Part shown: positions 1 through 8,637 of the stretch, piece by piece
How positions within the stretch are numbered: position 1 is the first letter of the stretch
Layout: every line of letters starts with the position of its first letter
Assembly (NCBI GenBank): GCA_938074535.1
Contig: CALJER010000016.1
Span: 1 to 64,000, forward strand
DNA length: 64,000 nucleotides
From: an uncultured archaeon
Lineage (GTDB): Archaea; Hadarchaeota; Hadarchaeia; Hadarchaeales; WYZ-LMO6
Direction: 5' to 3'
Notes under the pieces: model-generated
Databases searched by the model: none
What the model was told of the DNA's origin: nothing
Seen by the model: the letters and a program-made list of their open reading frames with translations, nothing else
Translations under genes and position numbers: made by a program

Positions 1-92
1 AGTAAAAAGCTAGGGGTATGTGATTTTCCTTCAAATTTTTGATTTGGCGGGGCCAAAGCTCTTAGCAAGAGAAGGGGTGAGAGAAAGATTAG

Positions 93-179
93 TGCGGGGG
101 GAGAGATTCGAACTCTCGACGGCCCTCAGGCCACAGGATCTTAAGTCCTGCCCCTTTGGCCAGGCTCGGGCACCCCCGC
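93..179 (-). tRNA. tRNA-Leu (TAA), long variable arm, CCA not encoded
   Basis: Minus strand reads GCGGGGGTGCCCGAGCCTGGCCAAAGGGG-CAGGA-CTTAAGA-TCCTG-...-GTTCGAATC-TCTCCCCCCGC-A; cloverleaf with TAA anticodon. Confidence 0.95.
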
Positions 180-222
180 CTGCGGTATATGGTAAAGAAA
201 AAAAATAAAGATGGGGGGAGTC

Positions 223-1431
223 TCACTCCCTCTTTATGATTACTGCTTCTCCCTGTCCACCGCCCACGCAGGGAGTTGCCAGACCGTAGGTCCCCCTCTT
301 CTCCTGCAGGATCCTGGCCAGCGTGCCCACCAGCCTGCATCCGGTGGCCCCCAAGGGGTGTCCTATGGCTATCGCCCCTCCTTTTACGTTTACCCTCTTC
401 GGGTCGGGAATCTTCAGCTCGTAGATGGTGTTCAGGGGCACGATGGCAAAGGCTTCGTTGATTTCCCAGTAGTCTATGTCCTCCACCTTTAGTCCGGCCT
501 TTTGCAGGGCCATCCTGCTGGCGGGTACGGGACCCCTCCCCATCACGCCGGGGTTCACCCCTCCCCATCCAAGGGACACGATGGAGGCCATGGGTTTTAA
601 CCCGTACTCCTCAGCCTTCTTGCGGGACATCAGCATCATGGCCGTGGCTCCAGCATTGAGGGGGGAGGAGTTCCCTGCCGTGATCACTCCTCCTTCTTTG
701 AAGGCGGGCGGTAACGATGCTATCTTCTCCAGGGTGGTGTCTGGTCTTATGGAGAGGTCCCTGTCAACTTTCATCACCGTCCCATCCGCCTGTGGAGCCT
801 CCACGGGCATGATTTCACCCCTGAAGTATCCCTCTTCCAGTGCCTTGGCCGCCTTCATGTGGCTCTCCACCGACCACCTGTCCATGTCCTCCTTGGTGAT
901 TACGTCCTTCCTCATCTCCGCCAGCTTCTCAGCCGTGAGCCCCATGTTCATGCCCGTGACCAGGTCGTACTTCTCGTACTTGGGATCGGTCATCAGGTCT
1001 GGACAGGGATCCACGAACTCCAGCATGTATTCCGCCTGCATGGGTACGTGCGTCATGTGTTCGTATCCCCCCACCAGCACTATGTCGGAGAAGCCCGACA
1101 TGATCTCCATCGCCCCCACCCTGATGGAGACCATGGAGGAAGCGCACTGCTTCTCCACGAAGGTGGCCGGCACTGTTTCTGGCAGCTCCGCTAGGAAGAG
1201 CTGGAATCTGCCTCCGTAGCTCCAGTTCTCTTTCACGGGCAAAGCGCAACCCGAGATGACATCGTTGATTTCCTCGGGCTTTATCCCGGTTCTCTCCACC
1301 AGCTTCTTGTAAAGCATCCCCAGCACCACATCCATCCTAAGTCTGTTGAAGGCGTCCCTGTCAGGCTCCCTAGGCCTGGACCGGGAGAAGGGAGACCGCA
1401 GGTAGTCCACTATTACGGCTTCGTTTTTCAT
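223..1431 (-). CDS. Acetyl-CoA acetyltransferase / 3-ketoacyl-CoA thiolase
   Basis: KQCASS catalytic Cys, NEAFA, GGAIAIGHPLGATG and CVGGGQG motifs. Confidence 0.95.
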   Translation of the reverse strand: MKNEAVIVDYLRSPFSRSRPREPDRDAFNRLRMDVVLGMLYKKLVERTGIKPEEINDVISGCALPVKENWSYGGRFQLFLAELPETVPATFVEKQCASSMVSIRVGAMEIMSGFSDIVLVGGYEHMTHVPMQAEYMLEFVDPCPDLMTDPKYEKYDLVTGMNMGLTAEKLAEMRKDVITKEDMDRWSVESHMKAAKALEEGYFRGEIMPVEAPQADGTVMKVDRDLSIRPDTTLEKIASLPPAFKEGGVITAGNSSPLNAGATAMMLMSRKKAEEYGLKPMASIVSLGWGGVNPGVMGRGPVPASRMALQKAGLKVEDIDYWEINEAFAIVPLNTIYELKIPDPKRVNVKGGAIAIGHPLGATGCRLVGTLARILQEKRGTYGLATPCVGGGQGEAVIIKRE

Positions 1432-1581
1432 TTTAGGACCGTCTTTTTCTCCCCTCCCCCCTTAAATAGCTAACTGAAAACTTCGGGTTTCGGAAGCGAG
1501 TTCGAGGGGGCGGGGGCCGAAGAGACCTCTCGGGGGGAGAGGAGATGGAGATATATATGAGAGAAATCTCACTTTGCACGC

Positions 1582-2166
1582 ATGAGAAGAACGATGGAAA
1601 ATCTGGCGAAGGCCTTCGTGGGGGAAAGTCAGGCGAGGAACAGGTACACCTTCTATTCCAAGGTGGCTAGGAAGGAGGGATTCGAGCAGATCGCGGAGAT
1701 CTTCCTCATCACCGCGGAGAACGAAAAGGAGCACGCGTCCTGGCTTTTCAGGCTGATCAGCGAGCTCGGGAAGAAGGGCGGAAGCCTGCCGCAGGAGATG
1801 AGGGTGGAGGCGTCCGTTCCCACCACCCTTGGCACCACGGCGGAGAACCTCAGGGCGGCCATAGCTGGGGAGAACTACGAGTGGACCAGCATGTACCCGG
1901 AGTTCGCCAGGGTGGCGGAGGAGGAGGGCCTGCCGGAGGTGGCGTCCAGGCTCAGGGCCATAGCGGTGGCAGAGAAGCACCACGAGGAGAGGTACTCCAA
2001 GCTCCTGCGCGAGGTGGAGAGGGGAACGGTGTTCAGAAAGGAGAAGGAGGTCTGGTGGGTGTGCAGGGAGTGCGGCTACGTGCACTTCGGGAAGGAGCCA
2101 CCCGAGAGATGCCCCTCCTGCGACCACGAGAGGAGCTTCTACCAGCTGAAGTGCGAGGAGTACTGA
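1582..2166 (+). CDS. rbr: Rubrerythrin
   Basis: [20 protein letters not shown] and EKHHE diiron motifs plus C-terminal CRECG...CPSC rubredoxin domain. Confidence 0.95.
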   Translation: MRRTMENLAKAFVGESQARNRYTFYSKVARKEGFEQIAEIFLITAENEKEHASWLFRLISELGKKGGSLPQEMRVEASVPTTLGTTAENLRAAIAGENYEWTSMYPEFARVAEEEGLPEVASRLRAIAVAEKHHEERYSKLLREVERGTVFRKEKEVWWVCRECGYVHFGKEPPERCPSCDHERSFYQLKCEEY

Positions 2167-2187
2167 CGCCTGTCTCTGTGGACGGTC

Positions 2188-3594
2188 TTACCTGTGGGCC
2201 TTCCGGTACACTGCCCTGTACTTCCCCCTTTTCTTCTTTTTTCTCTCCAGCTCGTCCTCCAGCTCAAAGAGCTCCTCGTGTGGCTCCTCCTTGAAGTCAC
2301 CCTCCTCGAAAAGTCTGGAAGCGGTTTCCTCCGCCATTTTCAGTATTTTTTCCTCGTCAAGGGTTAAAAGCTTACGCCCCTCCATGAGGACCTTCCCGTC
2401 CACGATCACGGTGTCCACCAGCTCCCCGCTCGAGGCGTAGACAAGGTGGGAGAGCACCTGGTGGAGGGGGGAGAACCTGAGGCTGCGGAGGTCCACCAGG
2501 ATGAGGTCGGCCTTCTTTCCCTCCTCTATGGATCCCACCTCACCTTCCATGCCTAGGGCCTTTGCCCCGTGGAGGGTGGCCATCTCCAGCACGGTCTGGG
2601 CGGGCATGAGGGTGGGGTTTCTTCTCCAGCCCTTGTGGATCAGGGCGGCGAGCTTCATCTCCTGGAACATGTCCAAGCTGTTGTTGGAGGCCGCCCCGTC
2701 CGTCCCCAGCGCCACGGGTATCCCCTTCTCCAGCATGGCGGGCACCGGGGAGATCCCGGAGGCGAGCTTCAGGTTGCTGGTGGGGTTGTGGACCGGCTTC
2801 GCCCCTCTCCCTGCCATGAGCTCCATCTCCCCCTCGGTTATCCACACGCAGTGGGCCGCGAGCAGCCTGGGGCCCAGCAGGCCCAGGGAATGGAGGAGCT
2901 CGACGGGGGTCTTCCCGTACTTCTCCTTCACCTCCCTCACCTCCTTCTCGGTCTCCGAGAGGTGGATGTGTATCCCCACCCCGTGCTTCTCAGCCCTTTC
3001 CCCGACCTTCCGCAGGCACTCCGGGGAGCAGGTGTAGGGGGCGTGGGGGCCGAACATGGTCTGAACCCTCCCGCCGAAGGAGCCGTGGTGTTCCCTCACT
3101 AGCTTTTCTCCTTTCCTCAGCTCCTCCTCGCACCTTCCGGGGATGCCCAGCTCTATCATCCCGTAGGAAAGGGAGGCCCTGAGCCCGCTCCTCCCCACCG
3201 CCTCCGCCACCTTCTCCATGAAGAAGTACATGTCTGCGAAACACGTGGTCCCTGACTTGATCATCTCGGCGCAGGCGAGGAGGGCCCCCACATAGCAGTC
3301 TTCTGCCTTCAGCCTAGCCTCCACGGGCCAGATCTTCTCCCTCAGCCATGGGTCCAGCTCCATGTCGTCCGCAGCCCCCCTGAAGAGGGTCATGGGAGAG
3401 TGGGTGTGGGCGTTGATCAGCCCCGGCAGAACCGCCCTTCCCCTGGCCTCTATCACCCGGTCGGTCCTCTCCTTTATCTCCTTCCCCACCTTCACTATCC
3501 GGTTGCCTTCCACCAGCACGGAGCCCCTCTTCAGGATCCTCCTCCTGGGGTCCATGGTTACGAGGTATCCGTCTTTTATCAGCAGTTTTTCCAC
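2188..3594 (-). CDS. mtaD: Amidohydrolase, 5'-methylthioadenosine/S-adenosylhomocysteine deaminase family
   Basis: PGLINAHTH, PHAPYT, HIHLSET and LGTDGAASNN motifs; extra charged C-terminal tail. Confidence 0.85.
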   Translation of the reverse strand: MEKLLIKDGYLVTMDPRRRILKRGSVLVEGNRIVKVGKEIKERTDRVIEARGRAVLPGLINAHTHSPMTLFRGAADDMELDPWLREKIWPVEARLKAEDCYVGALLACAEMIKSGTTCFADMYFFMEKVAEAVGRSGLRASLSYGMIELGIPGRCEEELRKGEKLVREHHGSFGGRVQTMFGPHAPYTCSPECLRKVGERAEKHGVGIHIHLSETEKEVREVKEKYGKTPVELLHSLGLLGPRLLAAHCVWITEGEMELMAGRGAKPVHNPTSNLKLASGISPVPAMLEKGIPVALGTDGAASNNSLDMFQEMKLAALIHKGWRRNPTLMPAQTVLEMATLHGAKALGMEGEVGSIEEGKKADLILVDLRSLRFSPLHQVLSHLVYASSGELVDTVIVDGKVLMEGRKLLTLDEEKILKMAEETASRLFEEGDFKEEPHEELFELEDELERKKKKRGKYRAVYRKAHR

Positions 3595-3612
3595 AGCTAC
3601 ACCTCAGGAAGG

Positions 3613-3715
3613 TGCCCCGGGCGGGATTTGAACCCGCGTCTGTGGCTCGATTGGCCTGGGCGACTCCTCGCCGCCCATGAGGCCACTATGATTGGCCGGG
3701 CTACACCACCGGGGC
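3613..3715 (-). tRNA. tRNA-Glu (CTC) with a 28-nt intron (3651-3678) between positions 34 and 35
   Basis: Typical archaeal Glu 5' half GCCCCGGTGGTGTAGCCCGGCCAATCAT; anticodon stem GTGGC/GCCAC; removing 3651-3678 gives loop CTCTCGA and a 75-nt tRNA; T-loop GGTTCAAATCC. Confidence 0.85.
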
Positions 3716-3759
3716 ACCCACAATACTCTCCTCCGCCTTTTTTCTTCTTTCCGGAGCGG

Positions 3760-3820
3760 GGGCTCAGGAGCTTGGGGTCCTCTCATCGTCTCCTCCGAAC
3801 CCTTTCTCTCATCATCGCCC
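3760..3820 (-). ncRNA. Box C/D guide sRNA candidate
   Basis: Minus strand GGGCG-ATGATGA (C)-GAGAAAGGGTT-CGGA (D')-GGAG-ACGATGA (C')-GAGGACCCCAAGCTC-CTGA (D)-GCCC; canonical size and terminal stem. Confidence 0.75.
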
Positions 3821-3861
3821 TTTCATGTTGCTTTGGGGAACTCTTAAGGGCCTCTGAAGGG

Positions 3862-3939
3862 TGGCGGGCCCGGTGGGATTCGAACCCACGATTTGCAGCT
3901 TAGAAGGCTGCCGCCTTATCCCGGCTTGGCCACGGGCCC
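3862..3939 (-). tRNA. tRNA-Arg (TCT), CCA encoded
   Basis: GGGCCCG acceptor, GCAGC-CTTCTAA-GCTGC anticodon arm, GGTTCGAATCC, 3' GCCA. Confidence 0.95.
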
Positions 3940-3996
3940 CTTCCTTCTTGGTTTATCCCGATTAAACTTTTAGAGAGGAAAAAGAAAAAGGAAGAG

Positions 3997-5466
3997 ATGT
4001 CTTCTCCCGCCAATGGGAAGAGGAGAGAGGAGGTTCTTGTAAACTCGGTACAGAGGTGGCTTGGGAACCCCCTCACCCGTTTTCTCCTCAACTTCGTGGC
4101 TGGGGAGAGGAGGGGAGGGGGAAGCAGGCTTGACCTGGCCATCAGGAGGTATGTGGGGGAGGAGGCGGAGGGTGGTGTCAGGGATCTCCTCTCCTCCCTG
4201 CTGGTGGGGGCGGTGCTCGATAGGGGCACTCATCTCTTCGGGTATCCCCGGGAGAAGCTGAAGGAGCTCCTGCGTGAACCCGTGATGAGGAGGGGAATAG
4301 TCAACGTCCTGGAGGGGATAGCCAAGTACGGGGTGAGGAGGCCCTTCGTCACCGCTTCCCCCTTCCTGGTGGTGTGGAACTACACCAACGCCTGCAACCT
4401 GAAGTGCCTCCACTGCTACCAGAGTGCAGGAGCGGCCTTGACAAGCGAACTCACAACCGAGGAGGCCAAGCACGTGATCGACGAGTTTCTGGACTCAGGG
4501 GTGGTGGCCGTGGCCTTCTCGGGGGGGGAGCCCCTCCTCAGAGGGGACCTGCTGGAGGTAGCCTCCCGTGGCAAGGAGGGGGGGCTTTTCGTGTCCGTGG
4601 CCACCAACGGCACCCTTCTCACGAGGGAGAAATGCAGGGGGATGAGGGGGATCATAGACTACGTGGAGGTCTCGCTGGACGGGTTCGAGGAAACGCACGA
4701 CCGCTTCAGAGGGATACCGGGAATATGGAAGAGGACCTGCGAGGGGATAAGAAACGCGGTGGAGGAGGGTCTGGACACCTGCGTGGCCATCACCGCCACT
4801 CACTGGAACCTCAGGGAGATACCCCCCCTCATAGACTTCGTGAGGGAGGAGCTGGGGGTGAGGAGGGTGATGGTCTTCAACTACGTGCCCGTGGGAAGGG
4901 GGAAAGAGATAGTGGAGGAGGACCTGAGTCCGGAAGAGAGGTGGGAGCTCCTGCACCATCTCTACGAGAGGATGGTGAGCACGGGGTTCTTCTGCCTGAG
5001 CACCGCCCCCCAGCTCTCCGTGGTCTCCCTTCAGATGGTGGAGGAAGGGAGGGGAGAGGGGCTGGGTCCCGTGCCCACCCACTTCGCCAGCCAGGGAACC
5101 CTTAAGGCTTTGAGGGGGAGGACCAGGAGTCTCGCCGACTTCCTGGGAGGATGTGGGGCCGGGAGGCTGTACTGCGGCCTGCAGCCGGACGGTGAGGTGC
5201 TTCCCTGCGTGTTCATGCCCATCCCGCTGGGGAACCTCAGGGAGAAGAGGCTGAAGGAGATATGGGAAAGCTCGGAGGTGCTCTGGAAGCTGAGGGACAG
5301 GGATGGCCTGCAGGGGTGCGGGTCCTGTCAGTACAGGTATGTGTGCGGGGGGTGCAGGGCCAGGGCCTACGGGTACTTCGGGGATGTGCGTGGGGCGGAC
5401 CCAGGGTGTCCCTACAACAAGAAGTACTGGGAAAGGCTGAGGGCCTCCCAGGATGCTCAGATCTGA
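3997..5466 (+). CDS. Radical SAM protein with C-terminal SPASM domain
   Basis: CNLKCLHC, SGGEP, CGAG...PC and CxxC-x5-CxxxC (CGSCQYRYVCGGCRA) motifs. Confidence 0.9.
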   Translation: MSSPANGKRREEVLVNSVQRWLGNPLTRFLLNFVAGERRGGGSRLDLAIRRYVGEEAEGGVRDLLSSLLVGAVLDRGTHLFGYPREKLKELLREPVMRRGIVNVLEGIAKYGVRRPFVTASPFLVVWNYTNACNLKCLHCYQSAGAALTSELTTEEAKHVIDEFLDSGVVAVAFSGGEPLLRGDLLEVASRGKEGGLFVSVATNGTLLTREKCRGMRGIIDYVEVSLDGFEETHDRFRGIPGIWKRTCEGIRNAVEEGLDTCVAITATHWNLREIPPLIDFVREELGVRRVMVFNYVPVGRGKEIVEEDLSPEERWELLHHLYERMVSTGFFCLSTAPQLSVVSLQMVEEGRGEGLGPVPTHFASQGTLKALRGRTRSLADFLGGCGAGRLYCGLQPDGEVLPCVFMPIPLGNLREKRLKEIWESSEVLWKLRDRDGLQGCGSCQYRYVCGGCRARAYGYFGDVRGADPGCPYNKKYWERLRASQDAQI

Positions 5467-6626
5467 AGGAGCTCGGAGAAGCTCCTTATTCTCCTCAGGA
5501 GGGGACGGGGCTCATACCACCTGCCTCTGGGTTTGAGCTCCTCCAGCTTCCCCACCACCTTTTCCACCCCGAACTCCTCCGCCACGCAAAAGAGGCCGGG
5601 CGGAACGAAGGAGAGGCTGGAAATCCTCTCCAGCTGGCTGGCGTCGGTTATTCCCCCCTCGATCATCCCGCAGGCCTCGTTGACCATGGGTGCCAGGAGG
5701 CGCAGGGGATCGAAGTCCCTCCAGTCCTCCCTCTTGGGTTCGGGGGGTCCCAGGGAGTAGTCGTAGAACCCCTTCCCCGTTTTTTGCCCCAGGTATCCCT
5801 GCTCCACCATGGTCCTCAGGGCCTCCGGGGGTGCGTACTCCTCCCCCAGCTCCCCCCTCAGGTACTCCAAGATGTAGAGGGCGACATCCAACCCTATCAC
5901 GTCTATGAGCTGGAAGATCCCGAGCGGCATCCCTAGGCCGTAGATGGCGCAGGCGTCTATCTCGTAGGGGTCGGCTTCCTCCAGGGCGTAGGAAACTTCC
6001 AGGCCAGCCCGCACGAGGAGTCTGTTGGCCACGAAGGCTGGCGTGTCCTTCACCAGTTCTGGCGCTTTTCCTATCCTTCTCATGAGCTCCATGGTGAGCT
6101 CCAGCACCTCCTGGCTTGCGTACTCCGTCCTGACCACCTCCACGAGCGGGAGGAGGATGGAGAAGTGGGGTGGCATGAAGCCGTCCACCCTTTGAGGGGC
6201 GTGGACGAAGTGGGTGCCCACCACCCTCTCCGGTCGGGAGGTGGCCCTGGCCAGCCTGGAAACGCTTATGGAGGAGGTGTTGGTGGAGAGCACGGCCCCT
6301 TCGGGCAGGGCCCCGTCCATCTCCCTGAAGAGTCTCTCCTTCAGGTCCACCTTCTCCGTGGCCGCCTCCAGAGCGAAGTCGGCCTCCCGCAGGGCCTCCT
6401 TCAGGTCCGCCATGGGATGGATTCTTCGCACGATTTCCTCCACCCCTTCCCTGAGTTCTCCCTCCATCATCCTGAGGCTTTTCTCGATTTTCCTCAGGGC
6501 CTCCCTGAGCACTTCCTCCCCCACGTCCACCAGATTCACCTCGTACCCGTGCATGGCAAAGAGCTCGGCTATCCCATGCCCCATGGATCCCGCCCCCACC
6601 ACCGCCACCCTTTGAACCTCTTTCAT
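5457..6626 (-). CDS. 3-hydroxyacyl-CoA dehydrogenase family protein
   Basis: GAGSMGHG Rossmann motif, EAATE, TNTSS, FVANR, GMPLG..QLID..GLD, GQKTGKGFY. Confidence 0.9.
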   Translation of the reverse strand: MKEVQRVAVVGAGSMGHGIAELFAMHGYEVNLVDVGEEVLREALRKIEKSLRMMEGELREGVEEIVRRIHPMADLKEALREADFALEAATEKVDLKERLFREMDGALPEGAVLSTNTSSISVSRLARATSRPERVVGTHFVHAPQRVDGFMPPHFSILLPLVEVVRTEYASQEVLELTMELMRRIGKAPELVKDTPAFVANRLLVRAGLEVSYALEEADPYEIDACAIYGLGMPLGIFQLIDVIGLDVALYILEYLRGELGEEYAPPEALRTMVEQGYLGQKTGKGFYDYSLGPPEPKREDWRDFDPLRLLAPMVNEACGMIEGGITDASQLERISSLSFVPPGLFCVAEEFGVEKVVGKLEELKPRGRWYEPRPLLRRIRSFSELLQI

Positions 6627-7366
6627 CCTTCCACCTCCGGAAGCCTCTTTCCCTCCAGGGAGGGTTCATGCCCCGGATAAACCAGCTCCCTGCGGGAGGC
6701 CACCCTCAGGGCCTTGTGGACGCTCCGGAACCAGTCTCTCAGGTCCACTATGAGGGCAGGCGGGTAGAAGGGTGTGTGTGGAAAGGGGGAGTGGAGGTTC
6801 AGGTAAGTGTAGAGGAGGTCGGAAGCCAGCACCGCCTTCCCCGCCTTCGTGCGGAGGGCCAGCCCCTGCATTCCTTCCGTGTGGCCGGGGAGGTGGAGGA
6901 GCTCCAGCCCTTCTTCCAGTTCCTGATCGCCCTCCACCAGCACCAGGTCCATCCCCTCCAGGGGCTCCAGGAGCCTCTGGTCGTAGAAGGGGCGGAGGGG
7001 AGGGAGGGGGGAGAGGGCAGTCTCCCACTCCTCCTTTTGGACGTAGATCCTAGCGTTCTCGAAGAGTCCGGCACAGGCCACGTGGTCGAAGTGGAGGTGG
7101 GTGAGCACCAGCACCTCCACCTCCCCTGGTGAGAGCCCCACCCTCTCGAGGGCTTTCTTCAGCCCCTCCTCCCCTCCACCCCTCACCTCGAGGTCACCTC
7201 TCCCCTTTGCCTCCACCCCTGCGTCCACCAGGATTTTCCTCCTACCCCCTTCCACGCACCAGACGTAGACGGGGGCGGTCACCAGCTGGGTCATGTCCCC
7301 CATGAGCATGCCCAAACCGATAGGGGCCGTGATCTCGGCCTGCTTGAGGGGGATCAGGGTGTACAC
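6623..7366 (-). CDS. Metallo-beta-lactamase fold hydrolase, N-acyl homoserine lactonase-like
   Basis: THLHFDH, PGHT, ASD and YPGHE motifs. Confidence 0.8.
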   Translation of the reverse strand: MYTLIPLKQAEITAPIGLGMLMGDMTQLVTAPVYVWCVEGGRRKILVDAGVEAKGRGDLEVRGGGEEGLKKALERVGLSPGEVEVLVLTHLHFDHVACAGLFENARIYVQKEEWETALSPLPPLRPFYDQRLLEPLEGMDLVLVEGDQELEEGLELLHLPGHTEGMQGLALRTKAGKAVLASDLLYTYLNLHSPFPHTPFYPPALIVDLRDWFRSVHKALRVASRRELVYPGHEPSLEGKRLPEVEG

Positions 7367-7370
7367 TCCC

Positions 7371-8132
7371 TCACCTCAGCTCGAACCTGTGGAGGATTTT
7401 CTTCTCCGTTTCGGAGATTTCGGCTATCACCTCCACACAGTCCTGCAGCCCGGATTTCCTTATTCTCTCCCTAAGCAACTGGTCCACCTGGAAGATGCCG
7501 GCGGAGTTGGACATCCTTATCCTGATGGTCACGGGCTTCTTCTCCCCCCTCAGCACCTCCACGTTCTCTATGGCCAGGGCCGAGACCGAGTGGATGTCCA
7601 CCTTGCCGGCATCGAAGGGAATCCTGGCCCTCCCCTTCTCCATGTCCAGGGCGTCGGCTATGCACAGGATTCCTGCTTCTTTGGTCAGACAGACCCCGGA
7701 GTAGTGGGAGGTGATGGCGTGGAGGACCTCGGAGAGGATGACGGCCCTTTCCTCGGGGGGATAGTCGTGAAGGAACTTGTGGAGGAAGTGATGGGCCAGC
7801 ACCACGCTGTACTTCTCGTGTTCCTCCCTTTGGACCACCATCCCCAGGTCGTGCAGGACAGCCGCCAGGAAGACCACGATCTCGGAGTCCTCTTGGGAGA
7901 GGTGGTGATCCCTCACCACCCCCGGCCTTTCCACTCCCTCGAGCAGATGGGAGAGGCGCAGGGCGGCGTTGGCCACGATCTTCACGTGCACCGGTCCGTG
8001 GTCGGTGAAGCCCAGCCGGTCTATGGCCATCACGTTGGAGCACTTCCAGAGCTCCTCCAGCTCTGGGTCGCTCTCCACCCTCTGGATGAGCTTTTTGAGC
8101 TTTTCGTTCTCCGTGGGGATGTTCAGCTTCAT
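7371..8132 (-). CDS. HD-domain metal-dependent phosphohydrolase
   Basis: DHGPVH, LHDLG, H..S, ADALDM..GRARIP; conserved archaeal HD family. Confidence 0.85.
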   Translation of the reverse strand: MKLNIPTENEKLKKLIQRVESDPELEELWKCSNVMAIDRLGFTDHGPVHVKIVANAALRLSHLLEGVERPGVVRDHHLSQEDSEIVVFLAAVLHDLGMVVQREEHEKYSVVLAHHFLHKFLHDYPPEERAVILSEVLHAITSHYSGVCLTKEAGILCIADALDMEKGRARIPFDAGKVDIHSVSALAIENVEVLRGEKKPVTIRIRMSNSAGIFQVDQLLRERIRKSGLQDCVEVIAEISETEKKILHRFELR

Positions 8133-8247
8133 CCTTTCCCTCTCAGGTTCGGGGGGTAGATTATATTTCCTTCTGATTTGTTTCTATTTCTTCCTCCTTG
8201 TTACAAAATTGTTAAACTGTGTGGCATTTTTTCATCTCTGCTACCCG

Positions 8248-8261
8248 CCTTTTATAAAAGG
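8248..8261 (+). promoter_or_regulatory. Palindromic TATA-box element upstream of the 8.3-10.7 kb gene module
   Basis: Perfect 14-bp palindrome CCTTTTATAAAAGG about 30 nt before the GTG at 8291, within an AT-rich intergenic region. Confidence 0.6.
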
Positions 8262-8290
8262 TGTCCTGAAAGGGAAAAAAGCGGGGGGAA

Positions 8291-8635
8291 GTGGAAGGAC
8301 TGAAAATAAAGATGGGGGAAAACGAGGTTTCGGAGCTTATAAGGAAAGAACTGCAGCAGAGCCTCTCCGAGGAACTGAAGGGGCTCATAGAACCCACCCT
8401 CCGGCGGTCCATCTTGGAGGGTCTAGACAAGCTGAAGATGGGGGAGCTGAAGACCTCCGTGGTACAGAAGACCAAAAAGAGGATGGAAGAGAAGTTGGAA
8501 AAAATGATAGAGGAAACCCTGGAGAAGACCACTCTCCAGGACATCAGTGGGGCGCTCCTGTCGGCGCTTGACAGGAGCGTGGAGGAGATAAAGAAACTGC
8601 TGGAGGGCACGGTGAATAAACCTGGGATGGGATAG
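8291..8635 (+). CDS. Hypothetical helical/coiled-coil protein
   Basis: Glu/Lys/Leu-rich ORF downstream of a TATA element, 2 nt before the next gene; alternative ATG at 8312. Confidence 0.7.
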   Translation: MEGLKIKMGENEVSELIRKELQQSLSEELKGLIEPTLRRSILEGLDKLKMGELKTSVVQKTKKRMEEKLEKMIEETLEKTTLQDISGALLSALDRSVEEIKKLLEGTVNKPGMG

Positions 8636-8637
8636 GC

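Noticed and set aside
1-92. AT-richer sequence beyond the tRNA-Leu 3' end as a possible island integration boundary
   Set aside because: Only 92 nt are visible, with no integrase or att duplication in the window
3670-3685. Reading the intron-containing tRNA as tRNA-Met (CAT follows CT in the unspliced sequence)
   Set aside because: Body sequence is Glu-type and the bulge-helix geometry yields a CTC anticodon
3997-5466. Radical SAM/SPASM protein as a RiPP maturase
   Set aside because: No precursor peptide, PqqD/RRE partner or transporter nearby; neighbours are tRNAs and metabolic genes
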